A stretch of DNA of 64,000 bases from Phoronis australis (Eukaryota > Animalia > Phoronida). Below are positions 1 to 12,300 of the stretch, piece after piece. The stretch is from positions 590,443 to 654,442 of the forward strand of contig NMRA01000016.1 of assembly GCA_002633005.1 (NCBI GenBank). Reading direction: 5' to 3'. Positions within the stretch are counted from its first letter, which is position 1. Every line of letters starts with the position of its first letter. The notes below the pieces were generated by a model. It saw only the letters and a program-made list of their open reading frames with translations, was not told where the DNA came from and searched no databases. A program made the translations under genes and the position numbers.

Positions 1-220
1 ATTTTTGAGAATGTGGACTTTTTGCTATAATTCACGGGGTACGTTTAGTGCTATGACTTGTGCATTCCTCGAATTTTGGTAGTTCCTGTCTTTTTAGTGG
101 AGTCTTGTCTCGTTTTCTACTTTTTTCGGAGTTTTTGTTTCTCTGGGGCCAACTTTTTGCCCACTTCGCCAAACTGGGGCTCGTTTGAGCCCCCCGGAGC
201 CTCCCTTGGGTGCGCGCATG
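1..220. mobile_element. Partial copy of an interspersed MITE-like repeat (family also at ~770-968 and 26207-26453)
   Basis: All three share tgcccacttcgccaaa and a terminal (g)gtgcgcgcatg-like end. Confidence 0.6.
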
Positions 221-396
221 CGTAGCAAATATCACATGCAACTGATCAGAAAGAAGTGGCCCTGTTTTAGAAAGCTTGGTCAACATTTTCGCAATTGATA
301 GCATTTTCCTTTGTCAAAAGACCCGCTTTGTAATAGTTTGGATATGTCATATGTAGTGTATTCAACATTAAAACATTTGTATTATATTTTGTTCAG

Positions 397-3300
397 AAGT
401 CGTACGACCAAACTCCAGCCGTTGAGGAGCCGTTGGAAGGGCACGTTCTCGTGACTGAGGTAAGTGCAAAACGTGTAACAGTCGACACGCGTATTGAGAG
501 TGAGCTGAAAGGTAAAGCGTTATCTCGCATCATTACATGTATGTACAGTTGGACCTTTCCCGCTGCGGGCTCAAACCTGACTTGTGGTACTAGTAGCAGG
601 CCGCCGGGGTCTGAGAAGGACCACCGCTGGCGTCCTGAACCAATTAAGGGCCTGCCGCAGCATAAATGACGAATAAATGAAGACATGTTATGAATAGGCA
701 TGAAAAATAGAGAGGAAATTTTATACAATATGCAAATATTGAATTTTCGAAGAAATTCACGAATGTTGACAACTGGGGGCTCGAATTTTTGAAACTGTGA
801 ACCTTTTACGTTTTACGTTCAGCGCTATGAAATGTGCATTCGCCGAATTTTAGTAGTTCCTGCCTTTTTAGTTGTCTTTTGTCTCGTGTTCTAAATTTTC
901 GCTGTTTTTGTTTTTCTGAGGCTGACCTCTTTTGCCCACTTCGCCAAATGGGGGCTCGTGTGCGCATGTATTACTTTACTTGGCCGTTACTCTCTATTTT
1001 AGATCGCACGATCAATCGGCGGGAAGTTCACCAGGTTTATCGACGCAGCACTGAAGTTGCGGGAAAACGTGCAACGCCGATTCCGTGAATACAAAACGCA
1101 AACGAATTTCAAGACATGCTGTAAACTGGACGGATCTACTCTTGAATATGATATTCGATTCAAGAAAAAGGTAGAGGACTGCGTATAATTCGCGGGTGAA
1201 TTATATATTGTTAATATAGGGCCCCCTTTGTTCTTATTTAGAAATTCATGGTGTTTGCTTAGATTCAAGCAATGAAATGAACATTGAAAAAAACTATGGT
1301 TCGTTCTAAACCTTCTGCAAGTCGATTTACCACACTTGGCTCTCATGAATGGGCAAAGCATCGCCGAAATCGCTGTCGACTGGAGGGGTGGCGGCATTGA
1401 TGATCAGGCGTGAGTGTTCGAAAAGTCTTGAAATAGCCGTCTATTATTTTCTACTAAGAACATACATGTTCTGATGCAGGTCGACTTACACACTGTCTGC
1501 AAGCGAGAGTCAGATACGGCCTACCACACCCCACGGTACCCAGACGCTAGTCTAGAACAACAGATGGCACAGAATTTAGCTGAAGTACCAAATCTGAAGT
1601 GGCAATACTTTGGCACCGAGGAGGGTGTACATACCTCTTACCCGGCTAAAGCAACTACAAGTTGCACGTCTTTCGACCCACGATACAGGTATTATACATT
1701 GCAGAATGCACTGATGACTGCTTGTGCATGGGCGGCGCAGCACTGAAATAAGTGAGGGGGGGGGGTTGCTAACGCCCCCTCAGTCCCCCTGTGGTGCACC
1801 GCCTATAGACCATGTGCAGCCTACCACTGAAAAAAGTGGGGCTATAGCCCACCACCCCCTTATGGTGCGCCGTCCATGTTGTGGTCTTTCAGCGGCCATT
1901 GTCTTGGTAATCCACGTGTCTGCTTACCACTAACTTCAGGTGCCATAACACTGGTCTTCATTTTCCGTTGTAGCAGACGATGTCCCCAGAAATAGCTCTT
2001 AGCCAGCGAGCTAAATTGAAGTCATCGGCGAGAACTTTTTTTGAGACCAGTGTCAGCACGATCGAAACTCTAGCGTCGCGATATTACTGAACTTCCGTTT
2101 CGGTTTAACTCTGTTGTTTTGCATAAAGGCTCATTTGTGTCAGTTCAGACATGGGCGCATTTTCACATACAAACTCACGGATGAAACTCTTGCGGCTTCT
2201 CGAATTACTTATCACGCACCCCAAAATCGTTTACCGACCACGGACATGAATCCTTACCATAAAAGCTGACGTGCAATCGGGCACATTGGTAAATTTTTCT
2301 GTTCATGGTTCGTTGTGAGAGTTCTTTGAGCAGTTAGTTTTTAGCGCACTGAGTAGATGTTCTATAGGTACTCAGGGTTTTCCGTCAGTGGTAAATTAGG
2401 GTTCTTTTCCACGGGTTAAGTGCTCTGTGGTATGTAGTAACTACCCTTGCAAACTTCATTACTTTAATTATCAAGCATAAGGTAGTGAATGTAAATTGCA
2501 TCAATGTAATCGATTTATGCTTTCATTAACCAGACCGTGGTACGCGGAGGCAGCCACGCCGACTCCCAAGGACGTAGTGCTTGTAATTGACGTATCCGGT
2601 TCAATGATGGACTCCCACGCAGGACGTACCCTGTTAGACATCGTTAAAGAGGCTGCCAAGACAGTTTTGGATACACTCAACCCACGTGACAGGGTAATGA
2701 ATTTCATTGCAATTTCTCTTATACGATTACTTATGCGTACGACTACATGTACATTCGGCTTTGGCGATGTTTTTGAAGCTGTCTAAGATATAGTGGCGAA
2801 CGTCACGCCTTATCTACTTAGGAGGTGGCACATTTGATAATAGTAAAAATTCACAATTGCCCTCCTGACTGTAACCACCCAGATTTCGGGCTTGATGCTA
2901 GACATCATTGGGACATATGCTCCCAGACCGCTGGTTCTCGAGCACGGCCTTGCTCACAGCCCGTTGTCTTCCCCAAATTTATCTTGTGAGTGAGAGTTTT
3001 ATACTGAAAGAGGAAACAATGTAGCCACCACAATTATCTCCCTTAAGTTAATACGTTTAGAAGAAATGACACCATTTAGAAGGCAAATCACCCCAAGCAA
3101 TATTGCTAAACACCCGCCTGAAATCGTCGTCGGTGGAGCGATACCAACCACGGGGTGTGTGAACGTGCCTGCGTGTCTGTTTAGTACGTGGTTGTGGTAT
3201 TGCGTCACTGATACGGCTGTGTCGGAACTGATTTTAAAATCTCTCTCTTAACTTCTTACTGAGGTAAACAAACGCTCCCAAAAGCAAGAACAGACGAACG

Positions 3301-6300
3301 TCTAGCTCGGGGAATACAGATAGGAAAAATGTCACTTGTCAGGTAAATCTTGTGAGACTGAGTTAATATTCTTCGCTATTCATCCATTTCAGGTTGGTCT
3401 CGTGACATTTTCCCACATTGCCCGCACGCCATCCGGAACACCGGAAACAAGCAATTGTTATAGCAACACAGTAGCCCAAGCCACGCCACATAACATCAAA
3501 TACCTGAAAAAGTACATTGAGGAAATCATTTCAGGAGGCGGAACTAAATATATTCCTGCCCTCGAACAGGCGTTTGAGTTGTTGAAGTCGTGTTCCGGAA
3601 CTAAAGTGTTAGGTATGGTATTAAACTCACTGATAGCCTTACGAACCGTATTAAAAAATGTAAACAAAATGTTTTCTCGATGTTTGTTCTACAATTTTAT
3701 GAAGCGCGTTTTATTTATGTTCAAGGCAATTAAGGACAGACATGATTGCTTTTAGACCTCATGGCCTATGTCAATTTCGACGGTGAAATCAGCTAGGACC
3801 TTATAGTGGATTTTTCCATTGGTTATTAGGCGTGAAATTTTTTCTCATAAAAATGTGCCTGCTTTGTGTGTGAGTTTCAAACTAAAGAAGTTTTATCACT
3901 ATTGCGAATTCTGATAAATAACAAACAGTAAAATTACTCGCTTTTGAATTTTCAAAACAGGTGCACTCGAAGCGATTCCACTGTCTGGGAAGTATAGTAT
4001 TGTTTTGCATTGAGGGTATCACGTGACGAAGCTGAAGATCTGAACCACGTGTGAACTTGTTGGAAGATGTGTAAAAACTCCATCTCAGCAGGACTATCTT
4101 TGTTCATAGTTTATTTTAATAGTTCGGCCCGTGATTATTTTTCGTTTTCAGACAGAGTCATTTTGTTCCTCACCGACGGGGAACCTTACGAGTCCAAGGC
4201 GGAAATACTTGCAGCAATACACAAGGAAAACCAAGCACTGAACAACTCTGTCATTGTCAAGACCTACGGTACTGGGCAGTGTAAGTGTTGTCCGCAGCAA
4301 TATGTCCTCAAACTTACTAGTTGCGGTTCAGTACATTTCCATTCGTTTTTTTTCAACTGAGCCTTTCCATAACAAATGCAAGATTTTTGTACATGTGCAA
4401 GAATCATTGTACCACGCGATGTGCTAGCTCTATGGATTGCACCTACGAACAGCTCAACAATTGCTCTATTAATTACGCGGGTTGGGTTAGCTCATTTACT
4501 TATTTTCTTATTCTCATTTCTTAAATTAAAGGGGACAGTTAATTCAATTTGGCCACGACTCCTTTTAAGAATGAGCCCCTCTGGGTACTTCTAAGAAGTG
4601 ACGTGAGTGGTCGAAGCTAGTCAAACGTTGGGATACACCTTTAAAGATCTCGTATTTGCCCTGCGAGTTGGCTACTTCCCGTCAAATTATCCATTGTGTG
4701 GACGGGATGCCGCATTTCCATATCTGAAGTCTCACACTCAACATTGACATTTTAATTACACGACTACTGTACAATCTTCAGATCTGAAGCAAGATGCCGA
4801 AGACATCTTATCAAACATGGCTCAACAGACGGGATTCAATTCTTCTTACGGCAATGTAACGGTAAGGACAAATCATGCGAGCGTGAAACATTTAGGCATA
4901 ATAATAATTCTTGCAAGGGATCAGGCGTATTAGCCAAACGTCGGTTTATGTTCAAAAGTAAACTGACAGAATGACAAACCTGTTACTGATTTGTGGTTTT
5001 CTTTTTGTATTTTGTACAAGTTATAATATGTTGTTTAAAAAGTTCCATATTTAGGAATATGTTTCGACATGTATGTGTGCATAGGCTACCTGCATCCCGC
5101 AAACGCGCCCATTTGTGAAAAAATTCAAAAAAGCATCATTGTTCAAAGCGCAAAAAGCTGACGTGTCATTAACTTAAAGTAAATCAATGTTTTTACGAAT
5201 GTTTTACTTATTGAATGTCACGAATGAACAACAACCAGTCTTTCCCATGCTATCATTTCGCCATTACTCCGACAAAAATATTCACATAATAAACAACAAC
5301 CAGTCTTTCCCATGCTATCATTTCGCCATTACCCCGACAAAAGTATTCACATTGGTGGATCCAAGACGTCACCACAGGACCACAACAATCTTCGATTTAC
5401 CGAACTTCACGATAGCCCTAAAACGCCCGTCTTAGTCATGCGCAAAGAGAGGGTAGAGTCTATCTATTAATCTGCCTTTGGCTATAGAATTATATTTTGC
5501 ATCATTTAAATTGAGAGATAAGAATGGCCATGCATGTTTGAAAAGTATCTGCGAAGGAGTTCTTTTCGCAGAAACCAAATCTGTAACGCAACAGCTCTTT
5601 TCTGATGTATGGTTTCTTTATTCAAAATTTAAGAGACATTCTTGACTTCAGAAATTAATCTGAAGAAGTGCAAAGGCTATGGTTTAGTTTATCCTGACCT
5701 TACGATTACATAGAATCGTACAATCAATACTTTGCAGGCAGGACTGTACACCTACATCAAGAACCCAGACGACCTTCGAAGGACATTGGGATCTTATTAC
5801 AACTTCTTCAGCAAAAGGACTCACAGTTCCTCGGATTTTGTTATCACGATACCTTATGCAGATTTCTCCGGGCTGGGTGAGTTGTTATCACGATACCTTG
5901 TATAGACTTCTCCGGACTAGGTTAGTTGATACCGTGATACCCTATACTGGTTTCTCCGAGCAAGGTGAGTTGTTATCACGATACCACATACAGACTTCTC
6001 CGGGCTCGATGCCTTAGACACACTTCTCTGGGCTACGAGAGTTGATACCACGATACCTTATACAGATTTCTCCGGGCTGGGCCGGGTGAGTTATCACGAT
6101 ATCTTGTACAGATGTCCCTGGCCAGATGAGTTGTTATCACGATACCTTATACAGACTCCCCCGAGATAAGGGGAGTTGTTATCATGGTACCTTACAGAGA
6201 TTTCTCCCAGATAGGTGAGTTGTTATCATGAAATCGTATACAGATTCTCAGGTGCATGTGAGCTGCAAACGCTCTATGAACGAGAAGCCTGCTCAGTACA

Positions 6301-9300
6301 GTCATTCTAAATGTTTTCACTTTATTTCGGCTATTGAGAAATTTTCTGTGAACTTGAAAAGCACTGTAACTACAACGTTAATGGAAAAGTATTTAATAGA
6401 CTGTTGGAACTGCTAGAGAACGAATATTTTGTTTAACACTGGAACCCTACAGATGTCTCTGCTGTTTCCATTTACTTCTATTGGAGCAGAGCTGTCTTGT
6501 GCTGTAAAGGATGAACTTAACACACGGCACGTTTCAGGTCTTGTGACTACAATAGCAGCACCCGTCTACCACAACGATACATTCAAGGGCGTGGTAGGAG
6601 TTGACCTTTCCATGAGCGACCTGTTGTCTGACGTCACATACTTCAAACAAGGTAAACCACATTCAAAAACTTTCTGAGGTTTCAAAAGTGATTAATGCTA
6701 CTTCAAACTTCTCTTGTTCTTGGCGTATATAGGATTTCGCTTTGGAGACTCTACTACGAATTTCAAATGCCCCCACAAAGCATTCCCATTGCGTTTTTGC
6801 TGTGGTCAAACTGGGCGGAGCGGCGGGTTCGCTTACCCCCCCCCCCTTAATCCTACCTATGTTCGATGTCCATCTTCGACAGATGTTGAACATTTGTTTA
6901 ACTTAAGTGTTTTTCATCTGTATCGTGAATCCATCGTCTGGGGAAGCCAAATCTTACCAAATCTCAATTTATTAGTTAAGCTCAGTGCTGACTAAGAGCT
7001 AAGAGCTAAGCCAAGTGAAGTTCCGCTGTCTCTTGAGGCGACTGACAGTGTTCGGAGTCCTTCGTCTGCTTGGAGTCTTACTATTTGTTCGAATTCACCA
7101 TACTTTCTAGGAGCCTTTTCATACGCCTTCATCATCGACAACATTGGTCGCACAATGATGCACCCCCTCCTGCCTCGACCATACAGTGTTGAGGAACCGC
7201 CTATATTTTTGGACATCGGCGATCTGGAGTCTTCTCGAGAAGCTGAGGAGATGATCGAGTCTATGAAAAGGTAAGACTGCGCACAGAGTGACACTAACGC
7301 CACGCCATTGAGGAATTAAAACCCCTTCTCAGAAATGTACAAGTGTCAAAAAGAAAAAAAGGTAGGAGCTCAGGGACTAAGGGGTTATTTCGAATTCGCC
7401 TACAGGAATACCCTTCTCCAATCTTACTTTCTCGCCATAATGAGATTGATGATTCGTTCTGCGTACCAGTTTTTACTCTCTGTTACGTTAGTTTGGACAA
7501 CTTGTATCTTACTGTCGTGGTGCACTGACGTAGAGTGGTTACCACCTGATATTGTATTGCAGAGGGAAGACCGGCAGTAAATCTTATATGTCTACTCACG
7601 TACTGTCCAGAGGGGATGCCAAGCGGGACGGAGTTTCTCGTGAAAAGCACATGACGAGCTTCTTCTGGCATCCGGTGGGTGGAGCTTTTTCTTGGCCTTG
7701 GAGTCGTGCAGTGCTAACGAAATATTTTTAACAATTTATATTTAATCTGTAGAGATACGTTGCGACATGTATAATCCAGGTACAACACGCATTATCATAA
7801 CACAATTCGTTTCTTTTAATAGTACATTCTGATGGGAATTCTAAACCGACTGTGTGGTCCTGATGAACAAATGGCACACTTTATATTAACAAAAGCGTTG
7901 ATGCAGAAAGCAGTTCATCAAACTAGGGGAATTGCTATCTTTTCGGCCCCATTGGGAATACCTTTGCAAAATTCAAAGAGTCGATTTCCGCGACTAAAAT
8001 GCTTGTGCAGGTCATTTACCCAAAGTGACGTCATACAAGATGGCGGAGAATGTGTATCTAGCAATTGACAAAGCAGTGATTTTAAGGTTTTGATGTTAAA
8101 GAGTTTAATAGTGACTAATTCCAAGCCCTTAAAAGTATAAATTCTGCTATTAGGTTACGTAACTTTATGTTTAAAGTTTTGCCATTGACTTTCAACCAAC
8201 ACGTTTTCTTTTTTAGATTGAAGGAACTAATTTTTCAGTGTGTATTGCAATTGCCGGTGATAACAAGCAGACGCACCTTCCACCTTTGAAGCTGCAGTCT
8301 AGTGACACCTTCTTGTATTACGATTTGCATCTGAAGAAACCCAAAACCAGTTGCAAGCACTTTTCACGCCTGGCCACGAACGGTACGCCCGTTTCTCTCG
8401 TTCTTCTTCACGACTGTATGCCCGGGACTTGTTTTTCAAAATTAATAAACATTGAGGTACTGAACTGAACTTATCCATCAATGCTCTGTTAAGAGCAGCT
8501 GTTAAGTGACCTTACTTTCTGCGGGAAATATCCCGCCGATATTTTAGAAATTTCTCAGATGTAAATCAGATATCCCATGTACAGTGTGTGTGTACAGTCA
8601 TGATATAAGCCATGAAAGATGGAGCGTAATATGGCGGGAAAGTAGGTCATCCCGTTGGTAACAGTTCACAAATGGACAGTTTCTACGTCTCCGACGAACC
8701 TTTGGTGCTGATAAATCGTCCTTGTATATTTCAGATGCCAAAATGCTCAGAAATTTATAATAAAATAAATACTAGTCATTCAACATAATGGCTTTACTGT
8801 AAAAAAACTTATCGTTTGACCGGGGAAGGAACGCTCAACATAAATATGACGTCATATAACTGCGATCTAAAGCACATGGCTGCAAGAAGGTACCGCCGGA
8901 ACACAATGGCGTTCGTTTATATAGGATCAATGGGGTTTCACCTTCGTTCTCGTTGGAACGTTCACAGCTGAAATGGATTCTCGCTAGGGTATATGTGCAA
9001 TCTTGGTCTCCAGGCGTAATTTCACTGCGGGTGTTCATTTGCAGCGTCGTCGTGTGTGAAATTCTCGCCTTCGGCATTCCGGCAGCCCTACAACTATCTG
9101 GAAAGCAACGAATCCATAAACGATATTGACAGGTACGAGATGTATCTGAGAGGACTGAGTCCAAAGAACCCAGGTTTGAAGGTAATTATTTTACCTACAC
9201 TATGTTATAGAAGCTACAGACCCACGTTCCGTGCAAAAAACAAACTGTTGTTTTAGACCACTTACCGTTAGGTAATTTATTTCCATCTGCTCTTTAATCG

Positions 9301-12300
9301 GGTAAGAAGATGTTGACGGATTTCCAAAAAAATCACAATTCGTTTTACCATGATACCATACTCGGCGCATAAAATGACACGCCAGGTGGCAGGTCAAACT
9401 GCAGAGCTTAGTCTCGAGCTTTAGCCCTGAAATCACCTCCGACTCGACTGAGGGATAATTTGACATCAATTTCTTAACTGTAAGTAATCTAAATCAAGGC
9501 ACATTTTTGATGGAAGACGAGCTTGTAGCCGTTGTAAAGTCGATTGCAGCCTAGAGAATAGTTCTACCCGCTTACACAACAGAAAGAAACGCATTTAGGT
9601 ACTACGTGTATCCAGTAATTTTCAATAAATTTATTGATGATTAAATTTAATGAACGAATTTTTTTAAAAAACATGTGATTTGACCATTGCCCTTTGTGTC
9701 AGTTCATCTTTGGGTTGACTTTGGGTCACGTGGCAAACACGAAAACTGCAGTACCAAACTCTCATATAGTGGTAACTTTTTGCAATGTTGTACGAGAAAT
9801 ATCATGACGTTTTGCAAATAAAAGCGATCGTCTGCTTTTAATTTCAGTCGCATGTCCGGAGTTCGGTGGCCAAAACCTCGGTCTTGGATAGCTTCTGGTT
9901 GCGGCACCAAAGTAACAACACCGTATGGCGTTACTTTGGCACTGAAGAGGGTGTATTCAGGATACACCCGGCAGCTACGTTGTCAAAGAATTACGACCAT
10001 TTCCAGAGAGATTGGTACGTACCAGAGTGGCCAACTTGATGCAACACGGTGCGTCACTATGTCACCATTACTGGCAAAATGACTTGATCATGGTCCGTTA
10101 TCTTCCGATGACATTTGCTGCTTATCTGAAAAGGACAGTTGGAATGATTTGCGATACGTTGGTGATAATAGTCGACTTTTGTTTACGGCAATTAAAACAA
10201 CGTTTTTTGCAATTTCGATTGCAGTTTTACTTTTATCCTACAAAAATACTTTCGCAGGTACAAAAAAGCCGTCAGTTACCCGGGTCTCAACGTGATGTCG
10301 GCACCGTATTTTGACGCCTTAGGAGCTGGTTTGATGGTCACTATGGCAAGGACAATATTCCATGGCAGGTAAGAGTCGGTTTGAGAAGGGATGTACACCT
10401 TGGATAGGCTCTTTGTATCCTCGACCTGCTCACACGAACGGGTGGTTTGTAAAGAAGCTAAAGCTATTGTTTATACCTGCTCATTGCTTTGTGAATATGA
10501 AAGCATCAATTCTTGACTATCTTAGAAACTTGGTTGTCACCATGATCGGCAACTTGTCCACTTGTAGGCGTAATGCCATTCTTGTTACGTAAAGCCTGTA
10601 ACGGCTTTTCTAGTACCTTGTACTGTATCTGAAATGCGCTGTGACCCTGAGCCCTCAACAATGTTGAACACTGCCCATCACTTTTACAGGAAAACTGGAG
10701 AGCTCCCTGACAACGATCTGATAGCCGGTGTGCTGGGAGCAGATTTTACTCTTCAGTCGTTTTACTCGCTGATGATCGAGGCCCACGAACCGTGCTCTGG
10801 TCGGAACGACATCAGGTAATTGCGCATTACCAAGCTCATCCTATATCTTGAAGGCTTAAATGAGTTTTACTGTGTGACGTATAAAATTTTTCAGGTTTTG
10901 TAGCGTCTGCAGTCACGTGACATAGGCCAAAAGGATAATTGTGTTCACGAAACACAGCATAAGGCTTTTATAAGACCTAGGCTAGAATCTAGTAAACATT
11001 AAAGACGGAAGGCGGTTTTATTTTAATAAAATACATTATATGACCCTTTTCGTTCAGCTATTAATTTACGGAGACTTGTTATTTGCCTTTTAGTTGTTTG
11101 TTAATGGACCAAAGTGGCTACCTCGTGATGCATGACGATTTTGTCAACAACAACTCGGCTGTGGTGGAGAATGTTCACATTATAGACAAGGTATCTAAAT
11201 TATAACGATTAGAGTTAATGGAGGCAAATGATACCGTTGCTCGCCATCATTTTGGTTGGATAAGCTATCATTCGAGGAAGAAGCTCTGGAACTTTTAAAT
11301 TCAGTCATTACAACTTAGTTGCCCTCAAAAGTGCTTATTTAATCCATTTCCAGGAACCATTTATAGCCAAGGCACTGATTGACCGAAATATCCTGGAAAA
11401 GAGTGTATGCGTAAATTACGAAACTGTATCGTACCAAGTCACCTGGCGAGTGAGTACTCTTCGGTTTGTTCGTGACTTCTAATTGCTTTAAAGAATGTCG
11501 TGACTGACGCTTGCTAAGTGTAGGATATACATAACCAGATAACAAGGGTCACGTGACGTGAATGCATATGAGCGACACTTTAAGTCAAGAAGGACAACGA
11601 TGTGTAGTCCTATGCAATACTAACATTTGTTGCGGAGGATTCAGACGTTTTCACCCTCTATTAAGGATCTTTTTCAACGATTTCGCGCGCGTCTCGGATG
11701 CTGAATTAGCGGTCACACACGGGGAGCTCCAGTCCTTGGTCCGTATTCATGATCTGGGTCACCGAGGCGCGCTAAATCCATTTGTTGAAGAAGATCCTTA
11801 GCTGAGGGGGAAACGCCCGAATCCTCCGCAACAAATGTTTCTTAGTAACTGAATTGTATCTGCTGAACATCCAGAAAAATCTATTGTATCGCAGAATATG
11901 TTATGTTACGCAAACAATAGGCAATAAAACAATGTATTAAAAAGTCACACGGTTTATCTAATTGTTGACGCAGGTTGTCATGAAAAGAAAGAGCTTCGAG
12001 TTAGGTGCTTCCCGTGGAAACTTTGTGATGGAGAAAGTGCATGGCAGTAATGTTTACCTCATCAAATATCAAAAAACGGACGCGAGTGTCGATTGCAAAT
12101 GCCAGGTAATGAGAAAAACGGCTACTGATAATCACTCATTTGCAGGCGGACTGATACACAATGTACCAGGCGTGCGAAGGCCACTCACGTTGGCCTATTG
12201 CACTGATCACCCAGGACCATATTTATGTTTTATCAGTATATAGTTGAATCCGAGCTACGGAGCTAGAGACCTGATACGAGGGTCCAGCGGTGTGTCCCAG

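Noticed and set aside
5838-6255. 44-bp repeat array as a CRISPR array
   Set aside because: The units are contiguous and degenerate with no unique spacers, there are no cas genes, and the context is a eukaryotic intron
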